Positions 51,801 through 61,759 of a stretch of 64,000 nt of DNA are shown piece by piece. The number at the start of each line of letters is the position of its first letter. Within the stretch, counting starts at the first letter, position 1. The stretch comes from Nemertoderma westbladi (taxonomy: Eukaryota > Animalia > Xenacoelomorpha). The DNA lies in NCBI GenBank assembly GCA_032718475.1, contig JAUCBJ010006039.1, positions 21,680 through 85,679 of the forward strand, given 5' to 3'. The notes beneath the pieces are model-generated. The model was not told where the DNA came from, made no database searches, and saw only the letters and a list, made by a program, of their open reading frames with translations. Both the position numbers and the translations under genes were made by a program.

Positions 51801-54800
51801 AACTGCATTGTATTGGTTGAAATATAACCAATCATATAAGTAGAGGGGCAGTCTGAATTTGGGATAGAACTGCATTGTATTGGTTGAAATATAACCAATC
51901 ATATAAGTAGAGCGGCAGTCTGAATTTGGGATGGAACTGCATTGTATTGGTTGAAATATAACCAATCATATAAGTAGAGGGGCAGTCTGAATTTGGGATA
52001 GAACTGCATTGTATTGGTTGAAATATAACCAATCATATAAGTAGAGGGGCAGTCTGAATTTGGGATGGAACTGCATTGTATTGGTTGAAATATAACCAAT
52101 CATATAAGTAGAGGGGCAGTCTGAATTTGGGATGGAACTGCATTGTATTGGTTGAAATATAACCAATCATATAAGTAGAGGAGCAGTCTGAATTTGGGAT
52201 GGAACTGCATTGTATTGGTTGAAATATAACCAATCATATAAGTAGAGGAGCAGTCTGAATTTGGGATGGAACTGCATTGTATTGGTTGAAATATAACCAA
52301 TCATATAAGTAGAGGGGCAGTCTGAATTTGGGATGGAACTGCATTGTATTGGTTGAAATATAACCAATCATATAAGTAGAGGGGCAGTCTGAATTTGGGA
52401 TGGAACTGCATTGTATTGGTTGAAATATAACCAATCATATAAGTAGAGGAGCAGTCTGAATTTGGGATGGAACTGCATTGTATTGGTTGAAATATAACCA
52501 ATCATATAAGTAGAGGGGCAGTCTGAATTTGGGATGGAACTGCATTGTATTGGTAGAAATATAACCAATCATATAAGTAGAGGGGCAGTCTGAATTTGGG
52601 ATGGAACTGCATTGTATTGGTTGAAATATAACCAATCATATAAGTAGAGGAGCAGTCTGAATTTGGGATGGAACTGCATTGTATTGGTTGAAATATAACC
52701 AATCATATAAGTAGAGGAGCAGTCTGAATTTGGGATGGAACTGCATTGTATTGGTTGAAATATAACCAATCATATAAGTAGAGGAGCAGTCTGAATTTGG
52801 GATGGAACTGCATTGTATTGGTTGAAATATAACCAATCATATAAGTAGAGGAGCAGTCTGAATTTGGGATGGAACTGCATTGTATTGGTAGAAATATAAC
52901 CAATCATATAAGTAGAGGGGCAGTCTGAATTTGGGATGGAACTGCATTGTATTGGTAGAAATATAACCAATCATATAAGTAGAGGGGCAGTCTGAATTTG
53001 GGATGGAACTGCATTGTATTGGTTGAAATATAACCAATCATATAAGTAGAGGGGCAGTCTGAATTTGGGATGGACCTGCATTGTAATGGTTGAAATATAA
53101 CCAATCATATAAGTAGAGGGGCAGTCTGAATTTGGGATGGAACTGCATTGTATTGGTTGAAATATAACCAATCATATAAGTAGAGGGGCAGTCTGAATTT
53201 GGGATGGAACTGCATTGTATTGGTTGAAATATAACCAATCATATAAGTAGAGGAGCAGTCTGAATTTGGGATGGACCTGCATTGTATTGGTTGAAATATA
53301 ACCAATCATATAAGTAGAGGAGCAGTCTGAATTTGGGATGGAACTGCATTGTATTGGTTGAAATATAACCAATCATATAAGTAGAGGAGCAGTCTGAATT
53401 TGGGATAGAACTGCATTGTATTGGTAGAAATATAACCAATCATATAAGTAGAGGAGCAGTCTGAATTTGGGATGGAACTGCATTGTATTGGTTGAAATAT
53501 AACCAATCATATAAGTAGAGGAGCAGTCTGAATTTGGGATGGAACTGCATTGTATTGGTTGAAATATAACCAATCATATAAGTAGAGGAGCAGTCTGAAT
53601 TTGGGATGGAACTGCATTGTATTGGTTGAAATATAACCAATCATATAAGTAGAGGAGCAGTCTGAATTTGGGATGGAACTGCATTGTATTGGTTGAAATA
53701 TAACCAATCATATAAGTAGAGGGGCAGTCTGAATTTGGGATGGAACTGCATTGTATTGGTTGAAATATAACCAATCATATAAGTAGAGGAGCAGTCTGAA
53801 TTTGGGATGGACCTGCATTGTAATGGTTGAAATATAACCAATCATATAAGTAGAGGAGCAGTCTGAATTTGGGATGGAACTGCATTGTATTGGTTGAAAT
53901 ATAACCAATCATATAAGTAGAGGAGCAGTCTGAATTTGGGATGGAACTGCATTGTATTGGTTGAAATATAACCAATCATATAAGTAGAGGAGCAGTCTGA
54001 ATTTGGGATGGAACTGCATTGTATTGGTTGAAATATAACCAATCATATAAGTAGAGGGGCAGTCTGAATTTGGGATGGAACTGCATTGTATTGGTAGAAA
54101 TATAACCAATCATATAAGTAGAGGAGCAGTCTGAATTTGGGATAGAACTGCATTGTATTGGTTGAAATATAACCAATCATATAAGTAGAGGGGCAGTCTG
54201 AATTTGGGATGGAACTGCATTGTATTGGTAGAAATATAACCAATCATATAAGTAGAGGAGCAGTCTGAATTTGGGATGGAACTGCATTGTATTGGTTGAA
54301 ATATAACCAATCATATAAGTAGAGGAGCAGTCTGAATTTGGGATAGAACTGCATTGTATTGGTTGAAATATAACCAATCATATAAGTAGAGGAGCAGTCT
54401 GAATTTGGGATGGAACTGCATTGTATTGGTTGAAATATAACCAATCATATAAGTAGAGGAGCAGTCTGAATTTGGGATGGAACTGCATTGTATTGGTTGA
54501 AATATAACCAATCATATAAGTAGAGGAGCAGTCTGAATTTGGGATAGAACTGCATTGTATTGGTTGAAATATAACCAATCATATAAGTAGAGGGGCAGTC
54601 TGAATTTGGGATGGAACTGCATTGTATTGGTAGAAATATAACCAATCATATAAGTAGAGGAGCAGTCTGAATTTGGGATGGAACTGCATTGTATTGGTTG
54701 AAATATAACCAATCATATAAGTAGAGGAGCAGTCTGAATTTGGGATGGAACTGCATTGTATTGGTTGAAATATAACCAATCATATAAGTAGAGGAGCAGT

Positions 54801-56237
54801 CTGAATTTGGGATGGAACTGCATTGTATTGGTTGAAATATAACCAATCATATAAGTAGAGGGGCAGTCTGAATTTGGGATGGAGCTGCATTGTATTGGTT
54901 GAAATATAATCAGAAAGTAATTATCTTCAAAATTTAGGGGTCATCTCCTTCATCATAAGACCTAACCCTAGCCTACCCCTAATTTAAATGTAGTGACAGT
55001 AAAAGATAGAATTGGGAATACTACTGCTGCAATGGAAAACATTAAACCAAAATCATAAAATTCAATAAAATCATCCACGTTGCCCCAACGCTTAAGTGTC
55101 AACTCGAATTAATTATAAGCAAAATCCGAACAGATGTCTTCCCTCACAGAAATTCAGTCTGAGGTTTTAAAACATATTGGCCAGGTATAATCTGGTCAAA
55201 GGATTATATTCAATAATTTGGGAATGCCAGGTGGTTTTCACTTTAGGCAATTCGTCCTCTAGCGGTAATCTGGAGAACTGATGATGGAGTAGTGTCTTCA
55301 AAAAGACGCCGCTGATGGTCGACTACACAGCCAAGTTTCGGTCGCACCGGCGGTGAGTATCAAATTAAACAAAGTCACACCGGCGGTGAGTATCAAATTA
55401 AACAAAGTCACACCGGCGGTGAGTATCAAATTATACAAAGTCACACCGGCGGTGAGTATCAAATTAAACAAAGTCACACCGGCGGTGAGTATCAAATTAT
55501 ACAAAGTTCCTCGTTTAATTATTTCCGACTTATTAATTTAATATGATTATTTATTTGCAGGATCCGGAATTGGTTCCGAACTTTACGGTTGTTCGCGAGA
55601 AGATGCGGGTTGTTGGACAGATCCACGACAAGGATCAACTCGGACCTCATCTATCGAAACTGTGTGAGACGGTTCCCACTTACAGGTAAGTCTCTCAGCC
55701 TTTTGCTCTAAGACGCTATTTACTATTTAACAGCAGGTTGTTTTTGTAGCTAAAGTAGAAAACTTTTAAAGTTATTTATGTTTCACTGTTTTAAATTATC
55801 GAAAGTCCAGATTGGAAAATGAATTTCAGTCAATTGAACTTCGTAACAAAGTGTACTAAACACAAACTTTTTCTGAATTAATGGCTCAAGATGACCAAAT
55901 ACAATAAATATGTTTAATGGGGTTAAATTGATTTAATTTAAAACATTAAGGGAAAAGTGTCGGTGTTTTATAACCAAAACAATAAAGAAGCGCCCACTAT
56001 TTAGCTTTTCTATGTTCTCCCAGCTTGATGGAAGTGACCGAGGACGAGTTGCCGATAGTGGCGGACTCGATGCCGGGACTCGTCGTCAACGAGGATCTCT
56101 TCGAGGAGAAGGATTCCCAGGAGGTTGTCTACGAGATGCCGGAACCGGTGGCGCGTCGACGTCGATCAGCTGATCTGGGCCGCGCTATGCGATTCCGGTA
56201 CTCGGACGCGGCCATCCACGTTGTAGAACTAGTGTAG
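15736..56237 (+). CDS. ITM2: ITM2/BRI2-like integral membrane BRICHOS-domain protein, 6 exons: join(15736..15817,19487..19702,25463..25631,25940..26090,55561..55685,56024..56237), 318 aa
   Basis: All junctions are GT-AG with compatible phases (1,1,2,0,2), totalling 957 nt. The architecture matches the ITM2 family: cytosolic N-terminus, single TM (ALTILLGLSALIVIVMCLSGFLIY), linker Cys, BRICHOS (HDFNRELTAYRDFDTNECYV ... LSKLCETVPTY; compare BRI2 HDFNKKLTAYLDLNLDKCYV ... IYRLCHDKETY), RRRR furin site and C-terminal peptide. Confidence 0.92.
15868..17495. mobile_element. Non-autonomous Mutator-like (MULE) element, 1628 bp, in intron 1
   Basis: 9-bp direct repeat TACCAGTTG at 15859-15867 and 17496-17504. 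The inverted 42-bp cores 15877-15918 and 17445-17486 (TAAAACGTCTGTCCTTAT.TGATCTGATCTGAC.G.ATCTGA) differ at about 3 positions. No transposase ORF. Confidence 0.85.
17205..17421 (-). mobile_element. tRNA-derived SINE-like fragment inside the MULE-like element
   Basis: On the minus strand: A box TGGTGTAGTGG (17413-17403) and B box GGTTCAACCCC (17362-17352), about 40 nt apart. No proper anticodon arm. The 3' extent is approximate. Confidence 0.55.
18960..19165. repeat. Dispersed repeat family fragment (related pieces at ~16290-16560, ~16840-16880, ~55950-55990, ~63845-63910)
   Basis: Shared motifs TAACCAAAACAATAAAC (or its reverse complement) and GTAACCTGCTCCTTTCCCTAAATT occur in both orientations. 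Confidence 0.55.
19487..19702 (+). CDS. ITM2: ITM2-like exon 2 (transmembrane helix)
   Basis: Acceptor TCTTTCAG. Encodes ECPPTPRSQSTPAGVIIARANRASKNFRC-TM-RHWHRNRYSSVCRVRFGDE. Donor AG|GTTGGT. Confidence 0.9.
19879..20907. repeat. 40-bp GC-rich minisatellite, about 26 copies, intron 2
   Basis: Unit CCCTGTCTGACGGCCTCCATCCCCGGAACCATGGACCCCG with scattered substitutions. Confidence 0.97.
21162..25090. repeat. 47-bp tandem satellite, about 83 near-identical copies, intron 2
   Basis: Unit TTAGCAGTTGAGAAGGACTGCGAGCGCCTCACGTTCTTCCCCAACCG, head to tail with no spacers. Confidence 0.98.
25249..25407. repeat. 21-bp minisatellite, about 7-8 copies, just upstream of exon 3
   Basis: Unit ATGGATCTGGGATCCACGGAG with variants. 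Confidence 0.9.
25463..25631 (+). CDS. ITM2: ITM2-like exon 3 (luminal linker)
   Basis: Acceptor TTTTATCGCAG. Encodes DVYGKMVSLPDG...FVEHFEVSDDLEKIDVQPPDI. Donor AG|GTTAGG, phase 2. Confidence 0.88.
25940..26090 (+). CDS. ITM2: ITM2-like exon 4 (BRICHOS N-terminal half)
   Basis: Acceptor TTGTTACAG. Encodes NGDHVWIWHDFNRELTAYRDFDTNECYVRSLDVANTKPPTTMIDLLKLLQ. Donor CAG|GTTATT, phase 0. Confidence 0.93.
26385..27392. mobile_element. Non-autonomous hAT element (MITE), 1008 bp
   Basis: TIRs TAGAGTTGAAACAGAGACCTGT / ACAGGTCTCTGTTGCAACTCTA (1 mismatch in 22). Perfect 8-bp TSD ATATTTAG at 26377-26384 and 27393-27400. Confidence 0.9.
27831..28541. mobile_element. TTAA-targeting non-autonomous DNA transposon, Kolobok-like, 711 bp
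   Basis: TTAA|GGGGGGGGTACACCATTTT...AAAATGGTGTACCCCCCCC|TTAA. Removing it restores the satellite variant CTCCATTTTAATGG. RR...YY termini fit Kolobok better than piggyBac (CC...GG). Confidence 0.88.
29980..33138. mobile_element. Foldback/Mutator-like element, 3159 bp, with long modular inverted arms built from 53-bp repeats
   Basis: 9-bp TSD TCATATAAG (29971-29979, 33139-33147). Termini GGGTAGGTGTAAAACGCGGATCCGGATC / rc GGGTCAGAGTAAAACGCGGATCCGGATC. The arms (~29980-30955 and ~31730-33138) carry the same 53-bp unit in opposite orientations around a ~0.8-kb unique core. Confidence 0.92.
31463..31645 (+). pseudogene. Short ORF in the foldback core (60 aa, acidic N-terminus, basic NLS-like C-terminus); possible transposase remnant or captured fragment
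   Basis: MDDSDDF...PSPEKKKTRKVSKPRK. Protein-like composition but no recognisable domain. Confidence 0.3.
55345..55507. repeat. 33-bp minisatellite, 5 copies, each containing G|GTGAGT
   Basis: Unit CACCGGCGGTGAGTATCAAATTA(A/T)ACAAAGTCA, ending 53 bp before the exon 5 acceptor. Confidence 0.95.
55561..55685 (+). CDS. ITM2: ITM2-like exon 5 (BRICHOS C-terminal half)
   Basis: Acceptor TTTATTTGCAG. Encodes DPELVPNFTVVREKMRVVGQIHDKDQLGPHLSKLCETVPTY, with the second BRICHOS Cys and an NFT sequon. Donor AG|GTAAGT. Absent from the ORF track. Confidence 0.92.
56024..56237 (+). CDS. ITM2: ITM2-like exon 6 (acidic spacer, furin site, C-terminal peptide, stop)
   Basis: Acceptor TTCTCCCAG, phase 2. Encodes LMEVTEDELP...EPVARRRRSADLGRAMRFRYSDAAIHVVELV*. 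Confidence 0.9.
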
Positions 56238-56902
56238 ACTAGCCAACTACTGGCTATCCGCCGTATAACCGGCTACTTATATTCCCCAACTGTATTTATT
56301 TATTTTATGTAATCAGAAAGACTTTATTGCTCAACTAAGAATGTTTCTTATCGAATTATTATAATTCCGATTGGCGATGTAGTTTATATAAAAATCCGTA
56401 GGATTTCTCACCTTACCTACCAACTGCGCTGACTATCTATATTCTGGTAGAATTCGGCTGAGGTCATTATTGTGGGTTTCTTTAGCAACCTGTACGACGG
56501 CGGCGGTGTATCTCCAGATATTTATTTCCACCAAATTTCTTTGAATTAGTAGATTTAAATAACACGCGGATCGTCTATAATTCTATTTATTATAGTTCCA
56601 ATTTGCTCTGAAGTTAAGATCTTCTGTATTTATTACTGTTTTTGCTACATGTATCCGCGCCGTCTGGTAATACCCAGCATCACCCTGCTGGCCATTATTA
56701 AGCGAAATATCTGCGTATTATTTATGTTACAATGTAATTAATTCAACAATTAATTATCCTATACTGTGCACATGAGTGTGGGGGGGGGGGGGGTAATACT
56801 CGTATTTGGTGTATTAATTAGGTTTATTTGACGTGTATTAATTAATTAATTAATTAATTAATTACAATATAAATCAAATGGTTATCATTGGCTGTAGTTA
56901 TT

Positions 56903-59900
56903 TCCCTTACTGACTGTTTACTCACACACATTACGCACACCCGATCCCTTACTGGCTGTTTACTCACACACATTACGCACACCCGATCCCTTACTGACTG
57001 TTTACTCACACACATTACGCACACCCGATCCCTTACTGGCTGTTTACTCACACACATTACGCACACCCGATCCCTTACTGTTTACTCACACACATTACGC
57101 ACACCCGATCCCTTACTGGCTGTTTACTCACACACATTACGCACACCCGATCCCTTACTGACTGTTTACTCACACACATTACGCACACCCGATCCCTTAC
57201 TGGCTGTTTACTCACACACATTACGCACACCCGATCCCTTACTGACTGTTTACTCACACACATTACGCACACCCGATCCCTTACTGACTGTTTACTCACA
57301 CACATTACGCACACCCGATCCCTTACTGGCTGTTTACTCACACACATTACGCACACCCGATCCCTTACTGACTGTTTACTCACACACATTACGCACACCC
57401 GATCCCTTACTGACTGTTTACTCACACACATTACGCACACCCGATCCCTTACTGACTGTTTACTCACACACATTACGCACACCCGATCCCTTACTGGCTG
57501 TTTACTCACACACATTACGCACACCCGATCCCTTACTGACTGTTTACTCACACACATTACGCACACCCGATCCCTTACTGACTGTTTACTCACACACATT
57601 ACGCACACCCGATCCCTTACTGACTGTTTACTCACACACATTACGCACACCCGATCCCTTACTGACTGTTTACTCACACACATTACGCACACCCGATCCC
57701 TTACTGACTGTTTACTCACACACATTACGCACACCCGATCCCTTACTGGCTGTTTACTCACACACATTACGCACACCCGATCCCTTACTGACTGTTTACT
57801 CACACACATTACGCACACCCGATCCCTTACTGACTGTTTACTCACACACATTACGCACACCCGATCCCTTACTTACTGTTTACTCACACACATTACGCAC
57901 ACCCGATCCCTTACTGACTGTTTACTCACACACATTACGCACACCCGATCCCTTACTGGCTGTTTACTCACACACATTACGCACACCCGATCCCTTACTG
58001 ACTGTTTACTCACACACATTACGCACACCCGATCCCTTACTGGCTGTTTACTCACACACATTACGCACACCCGATCCCTTACTGACTGTTTACTCACACA
58101 CATTACGCACACCCGATCCCTTACTGTTTACTCACACACATTACGCACACCCGATCCCTTACTGGCTGTTTACTCACACACATTACGCACACCCGATCCC
58201 TTACTGTTTACTCACACACATTACGCACACCCGATCCCTTACTGGCTGTTTACTCACACACATTACGCACACCCGATCCCTTACTGACTGTTTACTCACA
58301 CACATTACGCACACCCGATCCCTTACTGGCTGTTTACTCACACACATTACGCACACCCGATCCCTTACTGACTGTTTACTCACACACATTACGCACACCC
58401 GATCCCTTACTGACTGTTTACTCACACACATTACGCACACCCGATCCCTTACTGGCTGTTTACTCACACACATTACGCACACCCGATCCCTTACTGACTG
58501 TTTACTCACACACATTACGCACACCCGATCCCTTACTGACTGTTTACTCACACACATTACGCACACCCGATCCCTTACTGACTGTTTACTCACACACATT
58601 ACGCACACCCGATCCCTTACTGGCTGTTTACTCACACACATTACGCACACCCGATCCCTTACTGACTGTTTACTCACACACATTACGCACACCCGATCCC
58701 TTACTGACTGTTTACTCACACACATTACGCACACCCGATCCCTTACTGTTTACTCACACACATTACGCACACCCGATCCCTTACTGACTGTTTACTCACA
58801 CACATTACGCACACCCGATCCCTTACTGACTGTTTACTCACACACATTACGCACACCCGATCCCTTACTTACTGTTTACTCACACACATTACGCACACCC
58901 GATCCCTTACTGGCTGTTTACTCACACACATTACGCACACCCGATCCCTTACTGACTGTTTACTCACACACATTACGCACACCCGATCCCTTACTGGCTG
59001 TTTACTCACACACATTACGCACACCCGATCCCTTACTGACTGTTTACTCACACACATTACGCACACCCGATCCCTTACTGACTGTTTACTCACACACATT
59101 ACGCACACCCGATCCCTTACTGACTGTTTACTCACACACATTACGCACACCCGATCCCTTACTGACTGTTTACTCACACACATTACGCACACCCGATCCC
59201 TTACTGACTGTTTACTCACACACATTACGCACACCCGATCCCTTACTGCTGTTTACTCACACACATTACGCACACCCGATCCCTTACTGACTGTTTACTC
59301 ACACACATTACGCACACCCGATCCCTTACTGACTGTTTACTCACACACATTACGCACACCCGATCCCTTACTTACTGTTTACTCACACACATTACGCACA
59401 CCCGATCCCTTACTGACTGTTTACTCACACACATTACGCACACCCGATCCCTTACTGGCTGTTTACTCACACACATTACGCACACCCGATCCCTTACTGA
59501 CTGTTTACTCACACACATTACGCACACCCGATCCCTTACTGGCTGTTTACTCACACACATTACGCACACCCGATCCCTTACTGACTGTTTACTCACACAC
59601 ATTACGCACACCCGATCCCTTACTGTTTACTCACACACATTACGCACACCCGATCCCTTACTGACTGTTTACTCACACACATTACGCACACCCGATCCCT
59701 TACTGACTGTTTACTCACACACATTACGCACACCCGATCCCTTACTGACTGTTTACTCACACACATTACGCACACCCGATCCCTTACTGTTTACTCACAC
59801 ACATTACGCACTCCCGATCCCTTACTTACTGTTTACTCACACACATTACGCACACCCGATCCCTTACTGTTTACTCACACACATTACGCACACCCGATCC

Positions 59901-60866
59901 CTTACTGGCTGTTTACTCACACACATTACGCACACCCGATCCCTTACTGTTTACTCACACACATTACGCACACCCGATCCCTTACTGGCTGTTTACTCAC
60001 ACACATTACGCACACCCGATCCCTTACTGACTGTTTACTCACACACATTACGCACACCCGATCCCTTACTGACTGTTTACTCACACACATTACGCACACC
60101 CGATCCCTTACTGACTGTTTACTCACACACATTACGCACACCCGATCCCTTACTGTTTACTCACACACATTATGCACACCCGATCCCTTACTGTTTACTC
60201 ACACACATTACGCACACCCGATCCCTTACTGTTTACTCACACACATTATGCACACCCGATCCCTTACTGTTTACTCACACACATTACGCACACCCGATCC
60301 CTTACTGTTTACTCACACACATTACGCACACCCGATCCCTTACTGTTTACTCACACACATTACGCACACCCGATCCCTTACTGACTGTTTACTCACACAC
60401 ATTACGCACACCCGATCCCTTACTGGCTGTTTACTCACACACATTATGCACACCCGATCCCTTACTGTTTACTCACACACATTACGCACACCCGATCCCT
60501 TACTGACTGTTTACTCACACACATTACGCACACCCGATCCCTTACTGGCTGTTTACTCACACACATTACGCACACCCGATCCCTTACTGACTGTTTACTC
60601 ACACACATTACGCACACCCGATCCCTTACTGACTGTTTACTCACACACATTACGCACACCCGATCCCTTACTGTTTACTCACACACATTACACACACCCG
60701 ATCCCCTACTGACTGTTTACTCACACACATTACGCACACCCGATCCCTTACTGTTTACTCACACACATTACGCACACCCGATCCCTTACTGACTGTTTAC
60801 TCACACACATTACGCACACCCGATCCCTTACTGACTGTTTACTCACACACATTACGCACACCCGAT
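56903..60866. repeat. 42-bp (and 38-bp variant) CA-rich satellite, about 95 copies, downstream of the stop codon
   Basis: Unit CTGTTTACTCACACACATTACGCACACCCGATCCCTTACTG(A/G). 4-bp-deleted units become more frequent toward the 3' end. Confidence 0.98.
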
Positions 60867-61439
60867 TACGTGTTATGCCATTATTTAGTATTCCCTTAGC
60901 TTATTAATCGCAGATTTATTTACCAAATACCATTTTTTTAATAACTGCCTGACTGCATAGAGCCTACCTGTTTTGTCGATTGGTTTAGCGCATTTCAGCT
61001 TTGCTTTTGAATATTTTGTTTGTGTATTTCTCAACTTACCGCTAAAGACGATATTATTGTCTTTTAATTATATAATTTACATTTGGCACTTCCAACAACG
61101 AAACTCGCCTTAGTTATTATTTCAACCAAATTGTCTATTCAGCCGCATTTTGTACTAAATATTTTGGATTATTAGCGGACGGTTTGCTATACGTTAATTA
61201 AACTGGAACAGATTTTTAGTTTCCTTTTTTACTAATGAGATTATTGGTTATTATTATTATTTGATTGCGCCACTGAGCATGTCGCACAATGTAATTGAAA
61301 CAATTATGTAATAATTTAAATATTATACGCGTTGCTACTAATTACTTGATACTTATAACTGTTTTTTATGACTGTGTAACTGTAATTATCTCAACCCCCT
61401 TCCGCGCCTAACTTCTAAATTCCGACTATTTGTGTTAAA

Positions 61440-61759
61440 CCCTATTTGGCCCTGGGGGGGGGGGGGTGGGGGGGTCATCTTAGAGTTGAGTATTTTAGGA
61501 GTTGTACCCTGTTCAGCGGCCTTGAAAACCAGTATAGCTTCAGAATTACCAACCAATGGCAAAATTCATCAGGTTGAAATTTTTACTACTTGGTCTTTTC
61601 GTTCTGGGGCACCAGAATGGCACCAGAATATTTTTTTTTACACAAGTTTTACCGTGATCAACGACCTTGTAAACCCTTATACTATAAAAATTGTAATTTT
61701 TGCCCCCCCCCCCCCCCCCCGGGCCAATTAAGTAATAAAATAGCCCGGGTCAGATAGGG
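61440..61759. mobile_element. piggyBac-like MITE, about 320 bp
   Basis: Left TTAAA|CCCTATTTGGCCCTGG and right CCCGGGTCAGATAGGG|TTAA. Internal G-run and C-run lie in inverted arrangement. The left TTAA is imperfect (one extra A). Confidence 0.6.

Larger units (their letters stand above)
27783..54909. repeat. 67-bp intronic satellite, about 347 copies, interrupted by two transposon insertions
   Basis: Unit CATATAAGTAGAGG(A/G)GCAGTCTGAATTTGGGAT(G/A)GAACTGCATTGTATTGGT(T/A)GAAATATAACCAAT. 33140-54847 is exactly 324 x 67 bp and 28565-29971 is 21 x 67 bp. Confidence 0.99.

Noticed and set aside
28564-54846. Hundreds of 66-aa minus-strand ORFs as a peptide gene array
   Set aside because: They are arithmetic products of a 67-bp unit read through three frames (3 x 67 = 201 nt). 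They overlap one another and begin at non-ATG codons.
21162-54909. CRISPR-like arrays (regular, partly palindromic 47- and 67-bp repeats)
   Set aside because: Units are head to tail with no unique spacers, there are no cas genes, and the context is a spliced eukaryotic gene.
56888-59290. 800-aa ORF and antisense Cys-rich ORFs
   Set aside because: Translations of the 42/38-bp satellite; the frame changes at every 4-bp deletion.
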